From: a virus
Virus record (IMG/VR): IMGVR_UViG_3300009164_000001
Location: 19,557-83,556 of that record
Direction: 5' to 3' (one strand)
DNA length: 64,000 nt
Position numbers and translations under genes: made by a program. The notes beneath the pieces are model-generated. The model was not told the DNA's origin, ran no database searches, and saw only the letters and a program-made list of their open reading frames with translations. Of this stretch, positions 1 through 9,275 are shown piece by piece. Every line of letters begins with the position of its first letter. Positions within the stretch are counted from its first letter, which is position 1.

Positions 1-2432
1 TCAGCACTTCCATCACTAAGGGTGTTAACAATATCATTCATGTTAGATGCAAGATTAGATGGGTACATAGCTTTACCCTTACTGTTCACAAAGCTTTCTC
101 CAATTGTATTTAGCATTGGAGTAAAGTAATTAACAATACCTGTAACTAATGCTTTATTTAAACTGATGTAGTCTGCTGTTGGAGTGATTGTCTCAAGCTG
201 TTCTACAGTACTTTGTCTAGAAGGTGTGAATTTTGCAGACAGTTTTAATACTTTAGTTAAATCTGCTGCAAGTAATTTAAGTAATCCAGTTCCATTATAG
301 TTTCTAACTAATCCATTAGGGGATTTAATTCCTACACCAACGTTTATTAAAGACTGTAATGCCCATTTAGTTTCAGCTATATTTGAAGAGTCAGTTCCGA
401 TGTGCATCCCTAAGGCCCACATTAATTCTGCTACTTTTTCTACAGTCTCATTGATAGATCCATCAGATGTTTGAACAACAAATGTTCTTGGATCAGATTT
501 ATTTAACCCTTTTTCTAAGTCTCTAACAATAGCAGCTGCTGCTAATATTTTTTCTCTATCAGCTTCTAAGTATGTTACTGGACTTCCATCAGAGTTTATA
601 GTTGGTTTACCTGCAGCATCAAGCACCGGTTTTCTTTGGTACAAGGCTCTAGGGTTCTCATTGTTATCTCTGATAAGTTGGGTTTTCCAACGGTCAATTG
701 TCCCAGCTACTACGTCCTTTCTATTAGGATTGATTACGTCTGCAAATCTTTTATTGCCTTCAATACGATCTTTGATCATAATGAATTCAGTATTTACAAG
801 AGCAAAAGCAGTGTAAAGCATTGCACAGTCACGGTCATCTAATTTTGACATGAAATCTGCTATAGGCTGTAGCACTGGTTTTAATTCTGCAGCTTTTTTT
901 ATTGCTGCATGCATAGATTCAAAAGTTTGTTTACCAGTAAATACACGTAGCATTTCTTGGTACACATCTTCTCTATTCATATAAGAACGTACCCCTAAAA
1001 GATTTGGTTCTATATTTCTGATAGTACTCAGCAATTCCTTAACCTTTCCCGTTAATCTTTTTGACGGAGATTCTTGTAAGGTAGTCATACTGTATATTTT
1101 CATAGTACCCTCATCAACTAACTTCATCTCTTCTTGAAGAGCATCTAAATCTGCTGGGTCTAATTCATTGTTAGCATCTATATCAAAGCTGTCATCTTTA
1201 TCTTCCTCTATATTTCCTTCAGCAGTAACTGTATTGTTAATCTTTATACCGGCCTCACGAAGTTTAATCTCTAAGAATGTTCTCCAACCTGTTTGTATTG
1301 AGTTTCCTGTAGCAGGATCGTACACATCATTCCACGTGGATGCTACATTTTTGAATACATTTCGAAGAGTGATGTTCTCTTCCATCGTAAACTCTGCACC
1401 CACTTCTTCAAGTGCATTCCACATAGCAGCTTCTGCATCGTCAAGTGACTCTGGAGTAGCAGCATCCATTGCTGTCTCAGCTGCAAATAACTTGTTAGCT
1501 TCTGCAGCAGTGATAACACTCCCATCAGTTTTCTTGTACATCTGCATTTGAAACTGATCTACGATAGCACCGTTCTTTCCATCAACACCTAATTGCACTT
1601 GTGCACTAAATCTTCTTCCTAGATCTTTTTTAGTATCCATAAAGATTGTGTAGATAGTATCTAACGATGCTTTAAACATTGCATCCCCCATTTCTGGACG
1701 GTACATGTAAGCTTTCTTTGGACCTTTAAATTTCTCTGGGTTTCTGAATACCCCTCTACCAAGAATAGAAGAATTCATTTTACCACTCTCAATTAAAGAG
1801 TATGCTTGACGAAGGCTAAGGTTGTTTGTAACTAATGCTTTGAAGAAGTTCCATAGATCTCTAAAGAACTTTCCAATTTTAGCAGGTAAACTTTTTTCAG
1901 TGTATCCTTCAGTTAGCACATAGTCTTTAAAGTCATCAGCCATTTTCTCTTCCAAAGCAGCTTTACGTGCTTCTTCATCAGAGATTTCTGGGAATGTTCT
2001 TTTGATGTATCGAATCTCTCCTGCAGTCGGTTCTCCAAATCTTGTAGCAGCTTCTGCATACAATTGCTCTCTTTGACTTTCAGACAACATAGTTCTGAAT
2101 GACAAGTGATAAGCTTCGTGAAATTCTGTCCCAATATCAGAGTTAGTCCACATATGAACTACTGCATTCTCTACATAACCATGCACTTCTTCTGACCCAA
2201 TTTTTTCAACAGTATCAAAAAGATTTGCTTCTATCCCTCTTGAAGTAAGCCAAGCTTTTTTTTGGTCTGGACTTAACAAAGTATCTATTGCAGAACCTTT
2301 AAGTTTATTTCCATAATAAAATCCTGGAACTGTACCACGAAACTTATCCCATAATTTATGAGCAATAGCATCACCTTGAACAGCTGCAAGATCCTTGTAT
2401 TCTTTTGAATTAATATTGGGGCAAAAAGCCAT
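1..2432 (-). CDS. Giant virion cargo protein, 5' part only, with N-terminal zincin-like metalloprotease motif; probably the virion RNA polymerase-bearing protein
   Basis: Not in the ORF track because its stop lies outside the window. Translated by hand from ATG at 2432 (MAFCPNINSKEY...), open to the window edge. HEAYH at 2106-2120, then EEKMADDF. Lies after the other cargo genes as in crAss-like phages. RNAP catalytic motif not seen in the window. Confidence 0.75.
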   Translation of the reverse strand, partial: MAFCPNINSKEYKDLAAVQGDAIAHKLWDKFRGTVPGFYYGNKLKGSAIDTLLSPDQKKAWLTSRGIEANLFDTVEKIGSEEVHGYVENAVVHMWTNSDIGTEFHEAYHLSFRTMLSESQREQLYAEAATRFGEPTAGEIRYIKRTFPEISDEEARKAALEEKMADDFKDYVLTEGYTEKSLPAKIGKFFRDLWNFFKALVTNNLSLRQAYSLIESGKMNSSILGRGVFRNPEKFKGPKKAYMYRPEMGDAMFKASLDTIYTIFMDTKKDLGRRFSAQVQLGVDGKNGAIVDQFQMQMYKKTDGSVITAAEANKLFAAETAMDAATPESLDDAEAAMWNALEEVGAEFTMEENITLRNVFKNVASTWNDVYDPATGNSIQTGWRTFLEIKLREAGIKINNTVTAEGNIEEDKDDSFDIDANNELDPADLDALQEEMKLVDEGTMKIYSMTTLQESPSKRLTGKVKELLSTIRNIEPNLLGVRSYMNREDVYQEMLRVFTGKQTFESMHAAIKKAAELKPVLQPIADFMSKLDDRDCAMLYTAFALVNTEFIMIKDRIEGNKRFADVINPNRKDVVAGTIDRWKTQLIRDNNENPRALYQRKPVLDAAGKPTINSDGSPVTYLEADREKILAAAAIVRDLEKGLNKSDPRTFVVQTSDGSINETVEKVAELMWALGMHIGTDSSNIAETKWALQSLINVGVGIKSPNGLVRNYNGTGLLKLLAADLTKVLKLSAKFTPSRQSTVEQLETITPTADYISLNKALVTGIVNYFTPMLNTIGESFVNSKGKAMYPSNLASNMNDIVNTLSDGSA

Positions 2433-2442
2433 AGTTGATTAT

Positions 2443-5400
2443 TTATTTTGGGTTACAAATTTCTTGTATGTTCTCTCCAGAGGTATCTAAATTAGATATC
2501 ATGCTCTCTAAGGATTGATTTCCCATTGCAGCTAGCATGTCATCTGGTAAAGCACTCATATCTACTGCCCCACCTCCCATTGAAACTACTTTCATTCCTC
2601 CAGTTGTAGTTTGTGAAGTTACAACATTTTTCTTACTTCCAAAGAATGCAGAGTTTGTTTTTGGAGCCACAAGCCCATCAGTGCTTGCTACTACTGGTGT
2701 AGCTGCAGGTGGCCCAGGTACAGTTGGTGTAACAGGAGCTGCAGGTGTAGTTGGAGCAGGTGCTGATGGAGTTGACGGAGCTGCAGGACCTTGAGGGCCT
2801 GAACCTTTAATCATTCCTTCAACTCTTGGTGCATACGATACAGGAATTCCAGGTCTATTAAATAAAGATGTAATATTTCCATCTGCATCATAATTTATTT
2901 CAAAAGGCATAATGCCTAATTTTTTAACACTAAGTCCAAGCATCTTATTAAATAAATAAGCATACCCAGAGACTTGAAGCTGATGTTTTTCTTTTTTGCT
3001 AAGTTGCCCTGGAGCAAAAGATCGAGAATAGCTTTCCCAACTTTTTAACTTGCTAGTTTTAACATCGTAGATCATGTAGTTACCATCTTTGTCGACAGCT
3101 AAGATGTCAATCTCTCCTGCTACTTTAGAAACTTTATCATAGACTACAAGATTTCTAGTTATATATCTTCCACCTACAGCATCTAATTCTTTCTTGATTT
3201 TGTTAAGCTTTGTCATAAGCATATTAAATGCTCCTTCAGAGATCCCCTCAGGTCTTGTAGTATCACCTTCATCAAAGAATCTTTTAACAATTTCGTCCAC
3301 AGTGTTTCCAGCAACTCTGCTATTTTCGTATAAAGCAGGGTCTCCAGTAAAATCATCAGGAAGAACATTAGTCATACGTTTGTATAACTCTCCATCAATG
3401 ATGTAGAATTGCTCGTCTGCTGTTTTACCTTCTACAAGCTTTTGAGATTCTGCTAGTAAAGTCTCAATGTCAACTGCATTACTAGGGGCTGCTGGAACTA
3501 CTGGAGTTGCGGCCGGAGTAGAAGAAGTTTTAGGGAGTGCAGTAGTTACTACAGAGTTTGCAGCAACGTCAGCAGCTTTTTCAGCTGTAGCTCCTTTAAC
3601 ACCTACTGGGCCAAACTTCATATTAACATCATGGAATACAGATCCGTTTGCATTTGGAACTGTATCTACTGCTAAGATTGAATTGTGTCCCACTCCTTCT
3701 GTTCTAGCTTCTCCTGCAAATTGAGCAGAGTCAGAAAGGTACTGCATGTAAGGATGAGTCTTTCCGTCTTCGTAAGGATAAACAGTTCCATCAATTGGGC
3801 TAGTGAATGGCTCGTTAACTCCAAATTTAAATTTATCTACTTGATATTTTTTAGACATCGTAGCCTCTTTAAATTCATCACCAACGTTGTTTTCTACAAC
3901 TCCATAATCTGCAGGTTCTTTTTTAACAGCTGTGAATTTGATAAATCCTTGGTCGTTGACTTCAGATTCTATGAAACTAAATTTAGGCCTGCTTCCATTT
4001 AAAGCTGCCTTCATTTCACTAGCATTTATTTTTATAAGGCTATTTGCAGATTTAGAATAGAATATAAATATTGTTTGCCCATCTTCTAACTGGTATGTAG
4101 ATATAAATTTAGTTAAACTATCAGGACGTTTAAGTTCTTCTGCAAGAGACTTATCTGTTATAGCTACTTCATCAGACTCTGATTTAGCTTCTACCTCAAG
4201 TAAGTTACAACCTACAATCTGGCCGTACTTATATGCCTCAGGAATTTCTTTGGTGATGTGGTTAAGTGCAGCTGTTGCTCCTCTTGTATCCATATCTTTT
4301 GTACTGGCCATAACCATTACAGGAGTACCATCTGGAGACTCAACTAATACAGCAATTTGTCCTGGAGTAACTCCGGTTGATTCTGGGTCGGCCGGATCAC
4401 GAGGGAATGGACGAGACCCAGTTGCAATAACTTCTGCATTACCTTCTTCAGAATCATGCATTACTTTCCAAACTAAATCACCATTCTCACTACCTACATA
4501 GAATAATGTTGGAGTAGGCTGCTTTGTGATCTTAGTCACAGGGTAGAAGAACACTTTTCCAGAAGAAGTTCTAGCATTACTTATCTCAGAAGTATCATTG
4601 AACTTTTCCATTACACTTACTGTAGGAGTAAACCCATCTAAGAAGTGCTGTACAATTTCACGACGTTTGTTTCCTTTAAATCCTTCTGGACTATCTTCTT
4701 TATATGCAGCCAATAATTGAAGACGTGTACCATCAGGAAGAGCTGCATAGATTGGAACGTTTTTCCAACCAACAGTCATCATCCACTCTTTAAACTTTTC
4801 TGGGTCAGTAGCTGTATCACTTACTTCTGCTTCATTAGGAATCTGGCTTTTAAACCAGTCAGTATCTATTGCTACAATTAAATCTAACGTAGTTCCAACT
4901 GGGACCATTTCTGAACTAGTCAAATGTTCTGGGAACATTAGCACAGTAGAACCTTCAATTGTTTGCCCCATTTGACCACGTAGAGCTGGGTCATAGCCTG
5001 GCATATCTTTTTTAGGGGCTTCAGTTCTAGTCTGGCCATTAAGGTCTACTAAAACTTTTCCATTCTTTTTAACAACGGTTCCTTTTGCTAATTGAATATC
5101 ATTAGCTTCTCCAGACACAACTGCTTTTGGGGCACCTGGATCCTCAGTAGGGGCTTCAAATACAGGATCACCTGCACCCATTCTTAGGACATCTTCAGCA
5201 AGTAAAGCTTCTTCTTTAGCTTTTCTTATAGCTTCGGCTTCTTCATTGGTGATGGAGCCATCCATCCCTTCCGACGTAAGTCCTGCTGCAGGGTCGATAT
5301 CCGCTGCTTGAGGCTCTTGCCCTTCAGGAGTAGAGCTAGGTCCTGCGGTACTGTCACCGTTTTGATTACGTTTCTCAAGTTCTCTTTGCTCATTGACTTC

Positions 5401-8400
5401 GTTTATTATGTTTTGTTGTCTTGTTATCTGTCCTTTCTTAGCAGAAATTTTTCTATCAGTAGCTAATTTAGAGTTTTTTGCAGCATCTACATCTTGTTCT
5501 CCATAAACACCGTCAATAATTTTTTGGTACTCATTGGATAAGTCTTCAAGCCTAGCTTTTTCTTTAGTTAATTCTTGAATTTTTGCATCAGCTGTAGCAA
5601 TAATAGTGTTATATTCTATTTCTGTAGGAGATAATTCAATTTCCTCTTTAGCATCTAATCCTGCTTTTTCAGCAGCTTTCATTTTGCCTAGAACTTTGAT
5701 CTTCTTTTTAAGAAGGTCATTCATTCTTTTTCTAAGTTCTAATAACTGTGCAACTTGTGCATCAGCTTTAAACTCTTTCATGCTAAAGCCGGCCTCAAGT
5801 GCAACAGCTCTTTCCATTGCAAGAACCTCATCAAGTTCTTGAAGATCTTGTTTGATTAACTCTACTTGATATCGAAGTTCATCCATGCTCAGACCTGCCG
5901 TCTTTGACATGTCTTTCATTTCTTTTTGCAGAGTATCTTCTTTAGCTAAGATTTCTTCAGTATCAGTGATTAAGTTTTCAGCTATTACAGCAATGTTTTC
6001 TTTAGACTCTTCTAAGGTAGTAGTATCAGTCTCTGATATTGGACGAATCTTAGAAGCTTGCAATAAAAGATTGTATGCAAGTAATGTAGCAATTGCTGTT
6101 TCTCTTTCTATAGCAGCATTAGTTGCATCGGCCTGAGCTTCAGCTGCAATTTGAGCAGCCTCTCCAGGTTTCATTACTACTCCAGTTGACAGCTGAGTCT
6201 CTTGATAATCCTGTGGATTAACGTTAGCTACAGGGACAGTTGCTTCTTGTATTTTCCAAGTAACTTCATTTCCAGTTTGCCAGTCAGTAAGTTTTACTCC
6301 TACTACTTCTCCAGCATCATCTAGAATTAAAGCTTCTACTGGGTCAGCACTCTCCATGTAGTATTGCCTTCCATCAATATTAAATTGAGTTCCGTTTGGA
6401 GAAACCATTATCTCATCCAACAGAGTTTGCTCCATTTCAGACAGATTGACAAGTCCTGCACTTTCCCCTCCAACAGTTTTAAATTCTTTTTCAGATTTAA
6501 GTTGATCGGGAGTAAGTCCTTTTTTTCTAGCTTCTTCAGTTTTAGCCTCCATTGCTTTCATCAATGCCGATTGAGACATTGCATCTAAGCTTTCCATGTC
6601 AATAGTTTTTAGATCTTCTAAATCCATTGTCATGTACTGAGCAATCTTAGCTTTTTCTTCAGTTTCAAGTTGAGCACGTCTCTCTAAAGCAGCAGCTTTA
6701 ACTTCTGGAGAAGCATCTGGATCCACAGCATCTGTAAGATCGTCTGCAGTTTCTGCTCCTGCAATTGCTTGTTTAGCTCTATCTTCTGCAGCTCTCTTCT
6801 GTTCTTGTTCCTGCAAAGCCATTTGAGCTTCTACGTACAAATCCATTTGTTCTGGATTACGAGACAAGTTTTTAAATGCCTCTGAAAGACCTGCACGTTT
6901 GATTGACAGGTCACGAAGGTGAAGTAATTCAGCTTTAAACTCATCAGCAGTTGCTACATCTAGTTCTGATTTAGCAGCATAGATTTCGTTAAGTTGTTTA
7001 CCAAGATCCTCTTTAGGTTTAGCAGAAGCTGTTGTTTTAAATGATGGATTACCATTTGAATCAAGTTCTACTCCCCCAACTTTGATCTGGAACTTCACTT
7101 CATCTGGATCTAGTTTTGCTAGAGCTGGAGCAAGCTGTACAAGTCTATCATATTGCTCGTCAATTCTACTATCAATAGTATCAATGTCAAGAAGATTGTG
7201 AGTTAAGATTTGTCCGTAAGTTCTACGTACAGCATCTTGAATCAGTTTGTTCTTTTTAGTTTCTTCTGTTTGAAGCCCTTCTTTAATCTTAGCCACTAGT
7301 GATGTACCAGGGTTAAACTGTGAAAGGATGTTGTGCACCTGCTCTGAACGTTTGATAGCAGATTGCATTTTAGTTTTTGTGTCCTCAATGATTTGCATCT
7401 GAGTTTTACCAGTCTGCTGCTCAAGAGTACGATTCATGTCATAACCAAAAGCTTGCTTGAATTCTTTTTCCTCCATTGCAGCAGCATCATCAAACTGCTC
7501 CATTGCATAATCGATTGCCCCTAACCCATTCATCTTAGCAAAGACTCCATGGATTAATCTCATACGAGCTGTTTCAGCTTTTAAATCGTTTTGACGTCTT
7601 TCAGCTTTTGTAATTCCTTCTCTTTCATTGTCAAGATTAGCATCATTAATGTCTTTGATAAATGCTAAGTTCTCAGCACTTTGCTCTGCATTCTCGATAA
7701 TTTTCTTAATAGCCCCTGAGTTAAGCATTTTTATAGCTTCAGTAGTATTAAGTCCTTTTTGAGCAAGAAGTTTTTTCTCAGCTCCCATAAGACGACTTAC
7801 TGCTCCGGTACCACCTCCGACTAATGCTCCAATCAATATGTTCTCTAAACCTTCTTTAGTCCCTATAGTCGATGACAATGCTTTGCTCATTGCAGAAGCC
7901 ATGTCTCCTGTACCATCGTTAAATTTTTCTCCGTAGTAGTTACGTGCATATTGAGACCCAGCAAACTGGCTGGCCTCTTGGAAACCTTCTTCAGCAGAAG
8001 TTTTAAGTACAGGCCCAAATGTTTTTTGTGCTCTACCATAAGCTTTTCCAAACTTAGAGCTTGCAGCTTTTTCAACCCATTCTTCCCCTGCAGTTAACCC
8101 TTTCTTCTCAATGTCGTACATTGTTTTTTCCCCAACACGGGCACCCTGCATTGCTTTACCAAACATCAATAAGTTTGTAGCAGTTAAAAGAGGAAGGTTA
8201 ATAGCAAACGTAGTATTACCTACAGCATTAGCACTTTGCAAAATACCGTCTTCTACATCTTTTGGCATAACCTGACCGGGGTTTTGCTCTTCCCACTCTG
8301 CTTTACGTTCTTCAATAAATGAGTTTTTAGCTTCACGAGCTTCAACAGAAGATTCAGCTAATGACATTTGAGTTCCAACTGCTAGGTGTTTTGTAGCAGT

Positions 8401-9261
8401 TTTAATTTTAGCATATCTATCTAAAGCTTCTAACCCTTTACCAGCTGATTTAGCATCTTCTACTCCTTTGATAGTTTGGTATAAAATCTTTTCTTTACTA
8501 CCTGCTTTAGCTGCATTACCTGCAACTTTTGCTAAGTCGTCGGCCACATTAAGTATGTCACCTGCAGCATCTGCAATTTTGGCTCCTTGTGCACCTTTTG
8601 CAACAAGTGAACCTAACTTAGCAGATAGTCCTAATTCTCCAACACCAAGCCACATTGTAGCAATAGATCCAAGAGTATATCCTAAACCTCCTGCAAATTT
8701 ATCTGCCCAGAAGTTAGCTGTAGCAAGATTAGATCCTAGACTTCCGTTTACCTCTGCTTTGGTATAATAGTTTGGGAGAGCTGATTGAGCCCATGTGTTC
8801 ATCTCATCAACTTGTCTTCCAACAAAGTTGTCGTAGTATGAGCCACCAGTCATCATAGAACCAACACCTGCTAATACCCCTACTGTATTTTCATACACAG
8901 AACCTAATGTAGTAAGACCTGCTTTAGTCAAACCATTCATCCACTTTTGAGCAGTTCCTTGGTTCTGAGCACGTTCTTCATTCCAGTCGTTGAATGGATT
9001 TAATGCAACATTGTATGCTGCATATTTTCCAATAGGGTCAGTGTAGACATTAGTTAAGTCTACAGCTTGGCCACCAATATCTAAAGGACTATAGTTATTG
9101 TACTTAGGGGCTTTGTTTTCAAGTTTAGCCCTACCTCCAGACAATGATTCAAAAGCACCTTTTATAGGGTCCCCATCAGGTTTACTTTTATTTACAAAAG
9201 ATTCTTTTGGTTTTCCTGACAGGTTAGTAAAAGCATTGAGGATTGCGTCTGATTCAGCCAT
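2443..9261 (-). CDS. Large virion cargo/ejection protein (2272 aa) with C-terminal PD-(D/E)xK nuclease domain
   Basis: Gly-rich hydrophobic N-terminal segments and long coiled coil. C-terminal VAGEIDILAVD...IYDVKTS...QLQVSGY is a RecB/Cas4-like motif set flanked by Pro/Ala/Thr linkers. Confidence 0.75.
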   Translation of the reverse strand: MAESDAILNAFTNLSGKPKESFVNKSKPDGDPIKGAFESLSGGRAKLENKAPKYNNYSPLDIGGQAVDLTNVYTDPIGKYAAYNVALNPFNDWNEERAQNQGTAQKWMNGLTKAGLTTLGSVYENTVGVLAGVGSMMTGGSYYDNFVGRQVDEMNTWAQSALPNYYTKAEVNGSLGSNLATANFWADKFAGGLGYTLGSIATMWLGVGELGLSAKLGSLVAKGAQGAKIADAAGDILNVADDLAKVAGNAAKAGSKEKILYQTIKGVEDAKSAGKGLEALDRYAKIKTATKHLAVGTQMSLAESSVEAREAKNSFIEERKAEWEEQNPGQVMPKDVEDGILQSANAVGNTTFAINLPLLTATNLLMFGKAMQGARVGEKTMYDIEKKGLTAGEEWVEKAASSKFGKAYGRAQKTFGPVLKTSAEEGFQEASQFAGSQYARNYYGEKFNDGTGDMASAMSKALSSTIGTKEGLENILIGALVGGGTGAVSRLMGAEKKLLAQKGLNTTEAIKMLNSGAIKKIIENAEQSAENLAFIKDINDANLDNEREGITKAERRQNDLKAETARMRLIHGVFAKMNGLGAIDYAMEQFDDAAAMEEKEFKQAFGYDMNRTLEQQTGKTQMQIIEDTKTKMQSAIKRSEQVHNILSQFNPGTSLVAKIKEGLQTEETKKNKLIQDAVRRTYGQILTHNLLDIDTIDSRIDEQYDRLVQLAPALAKLDPDEVKFQIKVGGVELDSNGNPSFKTTASAKPKEDLGKQLNEIYAAKSELDVATADEFKAELLHLRDLSIKRAGLSEAFKNLSRNPEQMDLYVEAQMALQEQEQKRAAEDRAKQAIAGAETADDLTDAVDPDASPEVKAAALERRAQLETEEKAKIAQYMTMDLEDLKTIDMESLDAMSQSALMKAMEAKTEEARKKGLTPDQLKSEKEFKTVGGESAGLVNLSEMEQTLLDEIMVSPNGTQFNIDGRQYYMESADPVEALILDDAGEVVGVKLTDWQTGNEVTWKIQEATVPVANVNPQDYQETQLSTGVVMKPGEAAQIAAEAQADATNAAIERETAIATLLAYNLLLQASKIRPISETDTTTLEESKENIAVIAENLITDTEEILAKEDTLQKEMKDMSKTAGLSMDELRYQVELIKQDLQELDEVLAMERAVALEAGFSMKEFKADAQVAQLLELRKRMNDLLKKKIKVLGKMKAAEKAGLDAKEEIELSPTEIEYNTIIATADAKIQELTKEKARLEDLSNEYQKIIDGVYGEQDVDAAKNSKLATDRKISAKKGQITRQQNIINEVNEQRELEKRNQNGDSTAGPSSTPEGQEPQAADIDPAAGLTSEGMDGSITNEEAEAIRKAKEEALLAEDVLRMGAGDPVFEAPTEDPGAPKAVVSGEANDIQLAKGTVVKKNGKVLVDLNGQTRTEAPKKDMPGYDPALRGQMGQTIEGSTVLMFPEHLTSSEMVPVGTTLDLIVAIDTDWFKSQIPNEAEVSDTATDPEKFKEWMMTVGWKNVPIYAALPDGTRLQLLAAYKEDSPEGFKGNKRREIVQHFLDGFTPTVSVMEKFNDTSEISNARTSSGKVFFYPVTKITKQPTPTLFYVGSENGDLVWKVMHDSEEGNAEVIATGSRPFPRDPADPESTGVTPGQIAVLVESPDGTPVMVMASTKDMDTRGATAALNHITKEIPEAYKYGQIVGCNLLEVEAKSESDEVAITDKSLAEELKRPDSLTKFISTYQLEDGQTIFIFYSKSANSLIKINASEMKAALNGSRPKFSFIESEVNDQGFIKFTAVKKEPADYGVVENNVGDEFKEATMSKKYQVDKFKFGVNEPFTSPIDGTVYPYEDGKTHPYMQYLSDSAQFAGEARTEGVGHNSILAVDTVPNANGSVFHDVNMKFGPVGVKGATAEKAADVAANSVVTTALPKTSSTPAATPVVPAAPSNAVDIETLLAESQKLVEGKTADEQFYIIDGELYKRMTNVLPDDFTGDPALYENSRVAGNTVDEIVKRFFDEGDTTRPEGISEGAFNMLMTKLNKIKKELDAVGGRYITRNLVVYDKVSKVAGEIDILAVDKDGNYMIYDVKTSKLKSWESYSRSFAPGQLSKKEKHQLQVSGYAYLFNKMLGLSVKKLGIMPFEINYDADGNITSLFNRPGIPVSYAPRVEGMIKGSGPQGPAAPSTPSAPAPTTPAAPVTPTVPGPPAATPVVASTDGLVAPKTNSAFFGSKKNVVTSQTTTGGMKVVSMGGGAVDMSALPDDMLAAMGNQSLESMISNLDTSGENIQEICNPK

Positions 9262-9267
9262 ATTCTA

Positions 9268-9275
9268 CAAAGATA
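9268..9275 (-). promoter_or_regulatory. Bacteroidota sigma-A -7 element (TATCTTTG)
   Basis: Matches TAnnTTTG, 6 nt upstream of ATG at 9261. Confidence 0.6.

Noticed and set aside
1174-1197. DSFDID as the RNAP catalytic DFDxD motif
   Set aside because: Lacks the first Asp and sits in an acidic low-complexity linker
2830-3410. CRISPR-Cas system suggested by the Cas4-like domain
   Set aside because: No repeat-spacer array or other cas genes seen; the domain is fused to a cargo protein and lacks the Fe-S cysteines
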